A stretch of DNA of 64,000 bases from an uncultured delta proteobacterium (GTDB taxonomy: Bacteria > Desulfobacterota > Desulfobacteria > Desulfobacterales > B30-G6). How positions within the stretch are numbered: position 1 is the first letter of the stretch; each line of letters begins with the position of its first letter. This document shows, in pieces, positions 18,206 through 29,912 of the stretch. Where the stretch lies: NCBI GenBank assembly GCA_963823335.1, contig CAWGLD010000001.1:1760001-1824000 (forward strand). The letters run 5' to 3'. The position numbers were made by a program, and so were the translations under genes. A model generated the notes under the pieces. The model saw only the letters and a list, made by a program, of their open reading frames with translations, was not told where the DNA came from and did no database searches.

Positions 18206-18805
18206 TTTATTTCTCCCGTATGTGTTTATTGTGATCGCGCGCCACAAACCCGTAGTCTTTGATAAAAAATCCGACACAGTTGCTGAGCAATAGCATCAAT
18301 ATCGAGAAGAAAACGATTGTTGTTCCGCGGACTTTGATTGTTGAAATATGCATAGATCAAACCAGGCTGAGAAATACTAAACAAAAGAAAATACCATCTA
18401 AGAGAGGCAATACTGATATATAACAAAGAGGCTGAGAACGTTGCAATATGTTTATAACGCCAGATTGGATGCGCTCCAAAGAGTCCAAAGGATTTGCAGG
18501 CCATTTTTTCAAGCAGGTTCCATGTCGTGCAAGCATGTTTAAGGGCATTCTTTTCAACGTTGGGCAGCGCCATTATTGGAGGGACGTCCTTGACTAATTG
18601 GATGAATCTATTTCGATCCGGAAAAGGTTTTTGATAAGGACTGATTCGTTTATCAATTTAATAAAGAACGTCCCTTATTTTGATTCTCGCAATCTTTATC
18701 GAATCTTTACACAACTCCACACAAATCGTGCTTATAATGGGTCTAAGGTATGATTCCATGAAACCGGGTGCGATTGCCGGCTATGAAAGAAAGAGGGTGA
18801 ACGGG

Positions 18806-19591
18806 ATGAAAAAAAGAGATTACGGGCGTAATGGATGGTTTTACGTCCTATTGGGTTTGGTGCTGTTTTTAGGGGCCTGTTCCCAGGCCATGGAACCCGC
18901 AACCAGCCATGAATCAACAAAAAAGGAGTTTTCCATGAGTGTTGAAAGTGACCTGCCCGCCATTGATTCTATAGCGACACCCATAGTTGAAACAGCATCT
19001 TTCGGGCTGGGGTGATTCTGGGGTATCGAATCCCGGTTCGGGATTATCGAGGGTGTCATCCGTACGCGTGTGGGGTATGCCGGCGGCGAAATGGCGGGTC
19101 CCAGCTACGGGCAAATGGGAGATCACACGGAAACCGTACAAGTGGATTTTGACCCCGGGCGTATCACCTATGCTCAGTTGCTGGAGATTTTCTGGGACAC
19201 CCACCGACCGACCAGCCGAAACGGGTCCCGGCAATACATGAACGCGATATTTTACCAGGATGATGAGCAGCGCCGGGTGGCAATGGAATCCAAAATTGCC
19301 ATGGAGCAGAAAATCGACGGAACCATACGATCACAAGTGCTACCGCTTCGATTGTTTACCATGGCAGAGGACTATCACCAGAAATATATTCTGAAACAAA
19401 ATGCCAAACTCAAAAATGAGATGTCGCGTATTTATCCGCAGCACCGTGATTTTGTAGCATCCACAGCTGTGGCGCGTTTGAATGGATATGCAGGCAGGAA
19501 TGGTACCCGTGATCAATTGTCACGGGAAGTGGAAACACTGGGACTGAGTGCCCAGGGGAAACGAATATTATCGGAGATGGTAAGGCAGTGA
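18806..19591 (+). CDS. msrA: selenocysteine-containing methionine sulfoxide reductase A, lipoprotein (UGA 19013-19015)
   Basis: ORFs 18680-19015 and 19070-19591 are in one frame; readthrough gives FGLG-U-FWG...TRVGYAGG...DHTE...AEDYHQKY; hairpin TCCCG-GTT-CGGGA after UGA; lipobox LGAC. Confidence 0.92.
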
Positions 19592-19689
19592 AACAGGGTT
19601 CGAGAGTCAGAGGGTGATACAAGAGTTGCAGGGCAGCTGACAGCTGTAAGCGGCTTCCCAGTTTCCCAGCATCATAGCTTTCCAGCATA

Positions 19690-19974
19690 TTATTTCTTTC
19701 GTCCGGTAAACACCCAGTACAACAGCCAGCCCAACAGCACCGGTCCCAGACCGGCATATAGAAAAAGGATCCAATCTTTCTGCCAGGGCTGCAAAAATGC
19801 GGCAGCGACAGCTGGATAGATCACGGAAGCGGCAATTGCCACTCGCATGCTACGCGATATCACCACAGCCAGCCGGGGTGATGTCTGTGTATCCCGTCTT
19901 TGCAGCATGCGTGGTACGAATAAGATACCCAAAAGAATAACGACAACAAGCAATATTTCCTGAAAACCCGACAT
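19690..19974 (-). CDS. small membrane protein
   Basis: AGGAGG RBS, three hydrophobic segments. Confidence 0.7.
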   Translation of the reverse strand: MSGFQEILLVVVILLGILFVPRMLQRRDTQTSPRLAVVISRSMRVAIAASVIYPAVAAAFLQPWQKDWILFLYAGLGPVLLGWLLYWVFTGRKK

Positions 19975-20061
19975 CCGCCCTCCTTGTTTAAATCTGCTGC
20001 GGGTATTTCAACTGTCGATAATTATTGTCCCCCATTTAGATCAAAACTCCGATTTGGTATC

Positions 20062-20185
20062 ATGAAAGGATGGTGGATGTAAACATCAAGGGCTTTCTTT
20101 ACTGCATTGCCTTGGATCTGCAGGGCATGCCGGATTACCACCAGGCCATATCATCCATGAATCCTCGGTGGCCGGTTACGTCGGC
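20062..20185 (+). pseudogene. SDR oxidoreductase fragment
   Basis: RMVDVNIKGFLY then, frameshifted, GHIIHESSVAGY. Confidence 0.4.
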
Positions 20186-20227
20186 AATAGAAAATACCAG
20201 GAATGATTTTGTCGAACATGACGGGGG

Positions 20228-21280
20228 TTATTGTACCTGGACGGTCACGGCGTGTTCTTGGACAGCATTGTTGCAATATCCGAGAACATTCCAGGACGCG
20301 GTATGCGGTTGCTTTTGGCCATGGATGTCGGTTGCCCGGGCAAAAATTGTATAGAGGCCTTTTTCTTTGACCTCCCACAGGTATTCCCAGTGTCTCCAGG
20401 CATAGGGGGTGTCCAGACCGATCAGTTTCGCCGGTTTCCAGGTGTTGCCTTGGTCCAGGGAGATGTCAACTCCCTGGATAGCGGTGTCACCTGCGTAGGC
20501 TGCACCTCTTATGGGGATGATACCGGCTGAGAGCCTTGCTTCATGCAGTGGTTGGGTAATAATGGCCTTGAGACCTATGTTGGTGATGGGTTCTCCGGTT
20601 TTAGGGTCATCTTCTTTCTGAAAAACCCGGTACACATTGTCCATGAAAAACCCTTCGAAAGGCGATGGAAGCAGTGTGATTTTGTGCAGCCATTTAACAC
20701 AATTTGCCCCGGTCCATCCCAGGGCCAGTGCACGCAAAGGGAAGCCGTGTTCTATGGGCAGAGGTTCTCCGTTCATTTCATAGGCCAGAAGCGTCGAGCC
20801 GATGGCTTTGTCGATGGGGATACTTCGAATGAACTTTATTTGTGCCTTGCCTTTGGGAATATCGAATCCTTCAAAACAGACATGCCTGGCATCCTCATGG
20901 AGACCTGCTTCTTCAAGAATTCCCTTGAGCCAAACCCCTCCCCATATTGCGTTGCCGACACCGCCAATGGTCCAAGGATTGCCGGAAGCTTTTTTCTGGA
21001 GAAGGGACCGGCTGTTTCCGGAGCATTCCAGGGTGTTGGCCAGTTCAACTTTTGGCATACCCAGGATATGATCGAATGTCAGATTCAATTCATTGTCAAC
21101 ACGTCCATCCACCACCAGTCTCCAGGCGTCTAAATCGATAGGTGCGTTCGGGATCTGACCCTGGTTACGTTTGAAAAATACATTGTTGTCTGTAATCCAG
21201 GTACGCAGACGTTCGACCGGTGTTTCCGCGTTGAGAGGGTTTTCTGTCATGATACGCATTGTCTTATCCATGATACGCAC
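20228..21280 (-). CDS. sulfite oxidase-family molybdopterin enzyme
   Basis: PLNAETP, LECSGN (Mo-ligand Cys), LAYEMNGEPLP..HGFPLR, VKWL. Confidence 0.93.
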   Translation of the reverse strand: MRIMDKTMRIMTENPLNAETPVERLRTWITDNNVFFKRNQGQIPNAPIDLDAWRLVVDGRVDNELNLTFDHILGMPKVELANTLECSGNSRSLLQKKASGNPWTIGGVGNAIWGGVWLKGILEEAGLHEDARHVCFEGFDIPKGKAQIKFIRSIPIDKAIGSTLLAYEMNGEPLPIEHGFPLRALALGWTGANCVKWLHKITLLPSPFEGFFMDNVYRVFQKEDDPKTGEPITNIGLKAIITQPLHEARLSAGIIPIRGAAYAGDTAIQGVDISLDQGNTWKPAKLIGLDTPYAWRHWEYLWEVKEKGLYTIFARATDIHGQKQPHTASWNVLGYCNNAVQEHAVTVQVQ

Positions 21281-21391
21281 CTCATATTATGATCGGCATA
21301 AATTTACGGACGGATATTACATTCATAGTTAGCATACATGGCAATTGAAAGCAAATTAAGCTATAATCTTTGAGCTGCTTACGCTTACAGC

Positions 21392-22582
21392 CTAACACTT
21401 TGAGCTCTTTTCTCCATGCAACACCAGTCCCAGGGCGAAGCCTGCAGAGGCCAGAAAACAGAATCCCATGACGTAGAATACAGTCTGCAGGCCAAACAGA
21501 TCGGCAAGGTGACCGCAAACTGCGGCAGCCGTGGATCCGACCCCGAAGTTGAGAATAAAGAGCGTGCCGTATCCCAGGCCCTGCCGATGTTGGGGCATAT
21601 ATTTTGAAACGATAAAGTTTTGAGCAGGCTGAGCCGCGAATGAAAAAAAAGCATAGCCGACAGATGCCAGCAGCAGAATAAATCCCCTGGAAAAAGACAT
21701 GCCAAAGACAAAAACAGTACCTATGCAGACCGTGCCGAGATATATCTTTTCTGCCGGATAATTGTCGGTAAGGCGACCGGCCACATATTGCCCAAAAGCG
21801 CCAGATACCAGAGCAAGGGATGCAAAGGTGCCGCCCATGGCTACGATGTTCATTTTCAGAAAGCTCAGCTGGATGTTTTGTCCCATGTAGATGGGAAGAA
21901 AGGTCATGATGCCCTTGTAGGACAGTCCCAGGGCGGTGGCTGACAAGAAGAAATATGTCAGGGAGAGGAAGGAACTTTTCCTTTCAGGATCAGTTCGGGG
22001 GCCTGTTTGTGGCGTTCTCACGTCTTGAATCGTTGGATGCCTGGGCAGGGTCAAGGAAAAGAATCCCAGACCGATACCGATCAAACCGAAAAAAACATGC
22101 GGCATCCGCCATCCCAGCAGCGTGCCGATCCAGGCCGACAAAGCCGGCACCACGGCCACCCCGATGCTGCCGGCGATACCATTTATTCCGAAGGCAGTTC
22201 CTTTTTCTTTGACACCCAGGGAGATCAATGTGTTGGCTGCAGGGTGATAGGTGCTGCAGAAGGCACCCATCAGTCCCATGGCGACGCCGTAGAATACCAG
22301 GGAACCGGCCGGCATAACAAGGACACCAGCAGTACCGGCACCAAACAGATAGAGGCTGATAAGGCGTCGGGGTCCTATCTTGTCGGCCAGGATTCCAGCC
22401 GGTAGGGATCCGAGCCCAAAGGCATATGAGAATACGGTAACCAGAATCCCCATGGTAAAATAGTCGGCACCGAACTCAGCCATGACCAACGGCAGGAGGG
22501 GTGGCAGAACACCTTCATACAGATGGACCAGACTGTGGGAGGTGGTTGCGAGGCCCATGATTTTTTTTTCTTCGGGGTTCAC
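21392..22582 (-). CDS. MFS transporter
   Basis: About 12 TM segments, GILADKIGPR motif A. Confidence 0.9.
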   Translation of the reverse strand: MNPEEKKIMGLATTSHSLVHLYEGVLPPLLPLVMAEFGADYFTMGILVTVFSYAFGLGSLPAGILADKIGPRRLISLYLFGAGTAGVLVMPAGSLVFYGVAMGLMGAFCSTYHPAANTLISLGVKEKGTAFGINGIAGSIGVAVVPALSAWIGTLLGWRMPHVFFGLIGIGLGFFSLTLPRHPTIQDVRTPQTGPRTDPERKSSFLSLTYFFLSATALGLSYKGIMTFLPIYMGQNIQLSFLKMNIVAMGGTFASLALVSGAFGQYVAGRLTDNYPAEKIYLGTVCIGTVFVFGMSFSRGFILLLASVGYAFFSFAAQPAQNFIVSKYMPQHRQGLGYGTLFILNFGVGSTAAAVCGHLADLFGLQTVFYVMGFCFLASAGFALGLVLHGEKSSKC

Positions 22583-22798
22583 GCAAAATCCTTTCCGGCA
22601 CTGATACAAAACAGCCTGTTTTGTATCCAAAAACCGGGTGTTATGGCAATTCGACGCATGAGCTTATACGGGCATACTCGAAGAATCAACCTAAAACGTG
22701 ACAAGCAGAACCGCAACAGCGAACGCTAACCCTGCGGGTTCTGCCGTTCGGCAGTGCTTCGCATGCTGTGAGGGTGTTCAATAAACGTATCAAAAGTT

Positions 22799-23901
<1,103 letters not shown>

Positions 23902-23989
23902 CTATTACGTCTTAAAACAAGTCTGGTTCATTAGAACTTGGAATTTTTCGATTTCATGTCATTCACCGCGAATCAGGACCAGGAGCATC

Positions 23990-24042
23990 TTGAACCGAAA
24001 AAGCGAGCGTATTCCCCGTAGCTTGCTGCGAGGTTCTTCAAT
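23990..24042 (+). repeat. internally deleted GTAGCTTGCTGCG-family element
   Basis: Both ends of the 4965 copy joined at a single hairpin. Confidence 0.8.
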
Positions 24043-24762
24043 CGCTCTTTGGCATGCAGGGCATGGGTAATGTTGGCCGGCATGGCTTGCCAGGTTGAAG
24101 GGAACGCCCTTCTGGGTATCTGTATTTTCGCTCATGATGGTCTCTTTTTATTGTTCTACAAACCGCGTGCCAAGCACACGGTTCCGTACTTGAACTGCGG
24201 GATCAACACAGAGATTGGGCCAAAAGACATTTTTGAGATGACTTCTAATAAATAGCAGTTTTAATGCTGAACCGCAACATTGAACACATTTCCAATTGCC
24301 TGCTGTGGGGAATCTTCAATCTCGAAAATTGTCACAGGAAAGTTTGGGATGAATATGAGATAATCCTGCCGGGTTTTCTCTGAAAAGGAGGGATTCATAT
24401 TTTGGTGTTGACAAAGGGCAAGGTTTTTCAGTAATGCTTGGGTCATCATGCAAACATCTCTCATGGATAATAAGGAACGGCGCTCCGAAGGCGATAGACG
24501 CCAGTTCTCCTATGCATTTCACATACCGGAACGGAGAACCGGCGAGGAACGTCGCAACAGCGCCGACCATCAGGAATCCAGATAGCGCCAACGTGCGCGG
24601 TCTTTCGGTGAACCTCCGATCAAGTCTACAGCTTTTTTATCAGTCCCACGTACTCACCGCTCTGTTTTTTTCAAGGAAAAGCCATTGAAATCGTTTGCAG
24701 TTCTGTGTTAAATAAACCCACGCATACTTCAAATTTCGAATGGCCCAACCAGTCTAATCAAA

Positions 24763-25680
24763 ATGATGACGATAAAATCGATTGATGCGAAGAAGTATTA
24801 CGGGATGGACATCGGTACCGCCACGGTTTTGAAGGAGCTTGGCCGAGGGAGTATGGCCGTGGTGTTCGAGGGATATCAGCGGACCCTGAAACGTAAGATC
24901 GCCGTGAAAATTTTACCCAAGGCACTCATGACACAGACTGCCGCCGAAAGGTTTCAACAGGAAGCCGAAGCAGCGGCCATACTTTCACACCCCAATATTA
25001 TCCCGATCTACGAAGTGGGGGAAACCGACGAGTTTCTCTTCATGAGCATGCAGCTGGTCCAGGGAAAAGACCTGCAGGTTTATATCAACAAATCCAAGAA
25101 AAATGTAATCCCGTCCAAAAGAGTGTTACCTTTGGTACCAACGTTCAATGTGGTTATCCATATCCTGGAAGCCCTTGGCTACGCGCACGGGCAGGGGATT
25201 GTTCACCGTGACATCAAACCACCCAATATCCTGATCGAGGCGCATACACGGCGACCGCTGATTTCAGATTTTGGAACAGCCAGGTTTGTCAGGGGAGATG
25301 CGCTGGGAAAGGAACTTATTCTGGGTACCCCGCTCTACATGGCGCCCGAGCAGATCGCCACGACAGAAGTGGACGGACGGGCAGATATTTATGCCGTGGG
25401 GGTGATGCTGTTTCAAATGGTCGTGGAAACACTGCCCTTCGTGCGCTATCCCTCGATGATGGCACTCATGTCTCACAAACAGAAAGATCCCAGGGGTATT
25501 TTTCTGAAAAAGCCATCACAACTCAATTTCCATCTACACGAAAGTCTGGACCGGATTATCGGCAAGGCCATGGCATATGATCCGGACAAGCGTTTTTCCA
25601 CCTGTTCCGAACTTGTTCAGGCCCTGAAGTGGTACCGCAAGAACCATCTTCATCAACGCAATCGTGAAGGAATCGAATGA
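24763..25680 (+). CDS. Hanks-type Ser/Thr protein kinase (kinase domain only)
   Basis: GRGSMA, AVK, HRDIKPPN, DFG, APE, DIYAVG. Confidence 0.95.
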   Translation: MMTIKSIDAKKYYGMDIGTATVLKELGRGSMAVVFEGYQRTLKRKIAVKILPKALMTQTAAERFQQEAEAAAILSHPNIIPIYEVGETDEFLFMSMQLVQGKDLQVYINKSKKNVIPSKRVLPLVPTFNVVIHILEALGYAHGQGIVHRDIKPPNILIEAHTRRPLISDFGTARFVRGDALGKELILGTPLYMAPEQIATTEVDGRADIYAVGVMLFQMVVETLPFVRYPSMMALMSHKQKDPRGIFLKKPSQLNFHLHESLDRIIGKAMAYDPDKRFSTCSELVQALKWYRKNHLHQRNREGIE

Positions 25681-27839
25681 TGGATAAAGCAAGCCTCCAA
25701 AAACAGCTTTCAGATACCATCGGCAGAAATGTCAATTTGGTGTTTAATCAGATTTCCATGTATAATGTTTACCACAAGTCGGTTATCGGATCGTTGGAAC
25801 GGGTCTACGAATCGTTTCTGGAGGGGTTCAAGATTTTACCCACCATTGCCCTGTCACTTCACCAGAACCAGTTGTTTGTTGAAGACGAGGCCCTTGATTC
25901 CCGCATCAACACCAACCGGCTGACAGCCCATTTCAAGAAAGCCGACATTCAGTCCCTGGCCTTTGAGACCGGCCTCACCTTGGCGGACTTGACTCAGTTC
26001 CTGGAGATTCTGACAGATCTCAATCGATATCCCAACGCGGACGCCATGAAAGAGGCCTTGCAGGAAAAGGGTTTGGATAACATTCTGATTAACTATTTTG
26101 TTTACCAGAAGATTAAAAACGATGAGCAGGTGGTTAAAAGCAGCCAGGTTGCAGGGGAGGGGGAGGGAGGTCCGACCACGGAAGACCTCCTGGCTATTAT
26201 GGCTGCCGATATCCTTTCGGAAGAGGCTCAGAAGAACATTTCGGTTCAAAACCTGATGCAGGGACCGGCCGAGTTTTCCCGGATGCTCATCGAAGAAGAC
26301 CTGGCAGCGGCTAGGAAAATTGAAGACGGGAGCGTTCAGCCTGGTACCGCCCTGGTGCAAAGCCTCAACCGTTTTCACAAGGAAGTTAACGGGGTTATAG
26401 CAAGCAAGACCGATGTCAACATCACCGAGCTCGCAGAAGACATTTTTAACCTGAAACGCCAGCTGATCCAGGGTATCGAGGCACAAAAGGCCCAGGGCGT
26501 TGTTTATCTCGACCAGCACATTATCGATCGTGAGGTGGACGAGGTCGCGGACAATGTGCTGATCCGACTGATTACCGATGAGTACAACCAGGGGGCGGTA
26601 TCCATCAAGCGCCTGGCACAGATTGTCCTGCGGATGACGACGGATACGGCAGAACTGCAGCGGATCATACCGAAACTCAAGCGGACGCTTCTGGGTGCCG
26701 GAATGCCCATGGCGGACTACCTGCAATTCGTTCAGGAATTAAAAGAGGAACTTCAGAGCGACGAACTGACGCGTGTTTTCGAACAAAGCGCCGAGGCCAT
26801 TGGTCTGGAAGGGGAGGACCTGATTCAGGAAATCCTAAAGAACCCCCAAGGGACTGCAGAGCTCATCTACCTCGCAGCCGAGATACGCAAGAGCGGTCAG
26901 GACGATCGTATTCTGTCCGATCTCCTGGTGGACTATGTCGAACGAGCCGGTACCGAGCTCTCCCTGGAAGCCATCAAAGAGACCGGTGATGCTGCCGGGG
27001 GTAAGGTCAACAGCATTTTTTCACGAATTCGGACAGAACTGGTTGACAAACTCAAGCGTAAGGATATTGACCTCGATGTTTTGAAAAAAATGGAAGAGCG
27101 CTTGAACGAACGGATGGAGGACAGCATCCGTCATCTTAAGTCCAGCATGGTTTTCAACCAGATGCGCTCGGAAGATGCCCGTCCGCCGACAAAAGCGGAC
27201 ATGTTGAAACTGCTAAAAACCCATGCAAAGGACGACGACGAATTAGCGGCGATCGTTCTGCAGGTCAAGGAAACGCTGGCGGAACGAGGTGTCCATGAGG
27301 GTATGTTTCAGGAAATCTATGATGAGATCATGACCAAACCGGTTAAAGAGGAGAAGGAAAAGTCAAAACTCACCCCACCAGGCAGTCTAAACCGGGGGAG
27401 TACTCTCTTTGTGCTGGAAAAGGAGGTTCTAAGGGCCAATCGTTACAATACCCCCTTTTCGATGCTCTCCTTTACGGTGGTAAAGGCGGTCCCAAAAGAA
27501 CTTGCGAAGCCAGGCAGTGTCACACCGGAAGACATTATCGCAGCGTTTATCGGTGTCCTGACGAATATCGTCAGGGAGACCGATCTCGTGGGGCTGCTGG
27601 GGCCCAAAATGGTGGTCGTGATTCAACCCATGACCCCAGGTGACAATGCCAAGATTGCCCTGGAGAGAATTTCAATTTTATTGAAATCCAACGAGATGAT
27701 GGTAAACGAAATCCCGTTTAATATCACCTTTGCGGCAATCGTGACCCCCTTTGATGCAGAAGAGACGGTTGATCTGAAAACGTTTGTAAAGGTGGCTCAG
27801 ACCGATCTGAAAAATCTGGCCGAGCGGACATCTATATAA
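25677..27839 (+). CDS. large helical protein with C-terminal degenerate GGDEF-like domain
   Basis: LEKEVLRANRYNTPFS...VRETDLVG lacking GGDEF; ATGA-coupled to the kinase. Confidence 0.7.
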   Translation: MMDKASLQKQLSDTIGRNVNLVFNQISMYNVYHKSVIGSLERVYESFLEGFKILPTIALSLHQNQLFVEDEALDSRINTNRLTAHFKKADIQSLAFETGLTLADLTQFLEILTDLNRYPNADAMKEALQEKGLDNILINYFVYQKIKNDEQVVKSSQVAGEGEGGPTTEDLLAIMAADILSEEAQKNISVQNLMQGPAEFSRMLIEEDLAAARKIEDGSVQPGTALVQSLNRFHKEVNGVIASKTDVNITELAEDIFNLKRQLIQGIEAQKAQGVVYLDQHIIDREVDEVADNVLIRLITDEYNQGAVSIKRLAQIVLRMTTDTAELQRIIPKLKRTLLGAGMPMADYLQFVQELKEELQSDELTRVFEQSAEAIGLEGEDLIQEILKNPQGTAELIYLAAEIRKSGQDDRILSDLLVDYVERAGTELSLEAIKETGDAAGGKVNSIFSRIRTELVDKLKRKDIDLDVLKKMEERLNERMEDSIRHLKSSMVFNQMRSEDARPPTKADMLKLLKTHAKDDDELAAIVLQVKETLAERGVHEGMFQEIYDEIMTKPVKEEKEKSKLTPPGSLNRGSTLFVLEKEVLRANRYNTPFSMLSFTVVKAVPKELAKPGSVTPEDIIAAFIGVLTNIVRETDLVGLLGPKMVVVIQPMTPGDNAKIALERISILLKSNEMMVNEIPFNITFAAIVTPFDAEETVDLKTFVKVAQTDLKNLAERTSI

Positions 27840-28055
27840 CATCGCACAGCGATGTTATTCCTGGTTTTTCTTGACATTACCAAGCAATACCCATAATTAC
27901 AGAAGACACATCATCTGAGCACAATGTTGACCTGTTTTGCTTATTTCTGCAGTAACCGGATACATGACAGGAGCTCCAAAAAATAGATTTCCTCTTTCTA
28001 TATCAATATTCGTTAATCAGCCAACATGCGAAAATAACCAAAAAGGAGGCAACCG

Positions 28056-29798
28056 ATGGACAAGATTTTACGCGTGAAAATGGGAAAGCAAGGAGGCCCC
28101 CAGGTCGTCGTTGAACCACTGGGCGATTACGCCGGATTGGGCGGTCGGGCCATGACGTCGACGGTCGTGGCAAAGGAAGTGCCACCATTATGCCATCCCC
28201 TGGGAGTCGATAACAAACTCGTGATTGCACCCGGAATGCTCAGCGGTTCTGCAGCAGCCATGTCCGGTCGTCTTTCCGTGGGGTGTAAAAGCCCGCTGAC
28301 TGGTGGTATAAAGGAGGCCAACTCGGGTGGTCAGCCGTCACAGATGCTGGCAAGACTCGGGTATGCTGCCATTATTATAGAGGGACGACCCGCAGACGAT
28401 ACGCTTTATAGAATGCTTATCAACAAAGATGGCGCAAAAATAGAGGCGGACAATAGCCTTAAAATGCTTGGCAACTACGATCTGGTTGCAAAAATGAAGG
28501 CCGCATACGGTGACAAGGTTGCCTGTATCAGCATCGGACCGGCCGGGGAGATGAAGATGTCGGCTGCGTCCATCGCCTTTACGGATATGGAACAGCGTCC
28601 GACCCGGCATGCCGGCCGGGGGGGCGTCGGCGCGGTCATGGGGTCCAAGGGACTCAAGGTGATCGTCGTTGACGACGAAGGCACAGCCAGACGTGAAGCC
28701 GCAGACCCCGATAAGTTCAAGGAAGCCAACAAGGCCTTTGTCGCCGGTTTGAAAAAACACCCGGTAACAGGGGAAGGCCTGCCGGCCTATGGCACCAATG
28801 TCCTGACCAACGTCATCAACGAAGCCGGTGGATATCCCACCAACAATTTTACCACAGGTCAGTTTGCCGGTGCATCCAAGATCAGTGGTGAGGCACAGGC
28901 GGAACTGGAAAACAGCAGAGGCGGCGAAGGCTCTGCCACCCATGGATGCCACCGGGGATGCGTCATTCGCTGTTCCGGTACCTTTTACGGCAAGAACGGC
29001 AATTTCCTGACCAAGCAGCCCGAGTATGAAACCGTCTGGGCCCATGGCGGCAATTGCGGCATCGATGATCTGGATGCCATTGCCGAAATGGACCGTATGG
29101 ATGACGATTTCGGGCTGGACACCATCGAAATGGGCGCCACCATCGGGGTTGCCATGGAAGGGGGTGTTGCCAAATTCGGTGATGCCGCGGCTGCCATCAG
29201 TCTCCTCAAGGAAGTCGGCCAGGGCACGCCTCTGGGGAGAATCCTGGGCAACGGTGCTTCCGTGACCGGCCAGGTTTTCGGTGTGGAGCGGGTTCCGGTG
29301 GTCAAGCGGCAGGCCATGCCCGCCTATGATCCCAGGGCCGTTCAGGGAATCGGTGTCACCTATGCCACAACCACCATGGGCGCCGACCATACTGCCGGTT
29401 ACTCTGTCACGGCAAACGTGCTGGGTGTGGGCGGGACTGTGGACGCCACCAAACCCGAAGGCCAGGTGGAGCTTTCCCGGAATCTTCAAATCGCCACGGC
29501 AGCCATCGATGCAACGGGCATGTGCCTGTTCATTGCTTTTGCCATCCTGGACCAGGCCGAAACGTTTCAGGCGCTCCTGGATGTGATCAGCGGATTCAGT
29601 GGACAGCCCTGTAGCGCGGACGATGTTTCGGATCTGGGTAAGTCGATTCTGAAAAAAGAGCGGGCGTTCAATGCCGCTGCCGGGTTTACATCCAAAGATG
29701 ACCGGCTGCCCGCCTTCTTCAAAACAGAATCCATCGCGCCACACAATGTGACCTTCGGCGTAAGCGATGAAGAGCTGGACAGCGTGTTCAACTTCTAA
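28056..29798 (+). CDS. aor: aldehyde:ferredoxin oxidoreductase
   Basis: KSPLTGGIKE, GRGGVGAVMGSKGLK, CxxxCxxxC, PEYET, GLDTIE, PAYDPR. Confidence 0.95.
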   Translation: MDKILRVKMGKQGGPQVVVEPLGDYAGLGGRAMTSTVVAKEVPPLCHPLGVDNKLVIAPGMLSGSAAAMSGRLSVGCKSPLTGGIKEANSGGQPSQMLARLGYAAIIIEGRPADDTLYRMLINKDGAKIEADNSLKMLGNYDLVAKMKAAYGDKVACISIGPAGEMKMSAASIAFTDMEQRPTRHAGRGGVGAVMGSKGLKVIVVDDEGTARREAADPDKFKEANKAFVAGLKKHPVTGEGLPAYGTNVLTNVINEAGGYPTNNFTTGQFAGASKISGEAQAELENSRGGEGSATHGCHRGCVIRCSGTFYGKNGNFLTKQPEYETVWAHGGNCGIDDLDAIAEMDRMDDDFGLDTIEMGATIGVAMEGGVAKFGDAAAAISLLKEVGQGTPLGRILGNGASVTGQVFGVERVPVVKRQAMPAYDPRAVQGIGVTYATTTMGADHTAGYSVTANVLGVGGTVDATKPEGQVELSRNLQIATAAIDATGMCLFIAFAILDQAETFQALLDVISGFSGQPCSADDVSDLGKSILKKERAFNAAAGFTSKDDRLPAFFKTESIAPHNVTFGVSDEELDSVFNF

Positions 29799-29830
29799 TA
29801 CCCGCTGATGAAGTGTGTGTGAAAATACGA

Positions 29831-29860
29831 AAAGGGGAGACGCAGATCGTCTCCCCTTTT
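29831..29860 (+). terminator. intrinsic terminator
   Basis: AAAGGGGAGACG/CGTCTCCCCTTTT. Confidence 0.85.
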
Positions 29861-29912
29861 AACTGTGGTTTTGCGGATCAAAAATCGGATCCCTGCCAAA
29901 AGGATGTTTCCC

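Larger units (their letters stand above)
1244..18700. mobile_element. AT-rich tRNA-anchored accessory region / genomic island (right border approximate)
   Basis: Visible GC drop right after the tRNA, mosaic cargo, IS remnant, pseudogenes, repeat units; no integrase or tRNA 3' duplication seen. Confidence 0.6.

Noticed and set aside
18226-18573. 115-aa and 66-aa minus-strand ORFs
   Set aside because: No motif, RBS or consistent frame.
24316-24688. Short ORFs near REP/MITE fragments
   Set aside because: Possibly a membrane-protein fragment, but unassignable.
28338-29744. 468-aa antisense ORF (also 50649-51725, 41841-42740, 25854-26726)
   Set aside because: Shadow ORFs opposite well-supported GC-rich genes.
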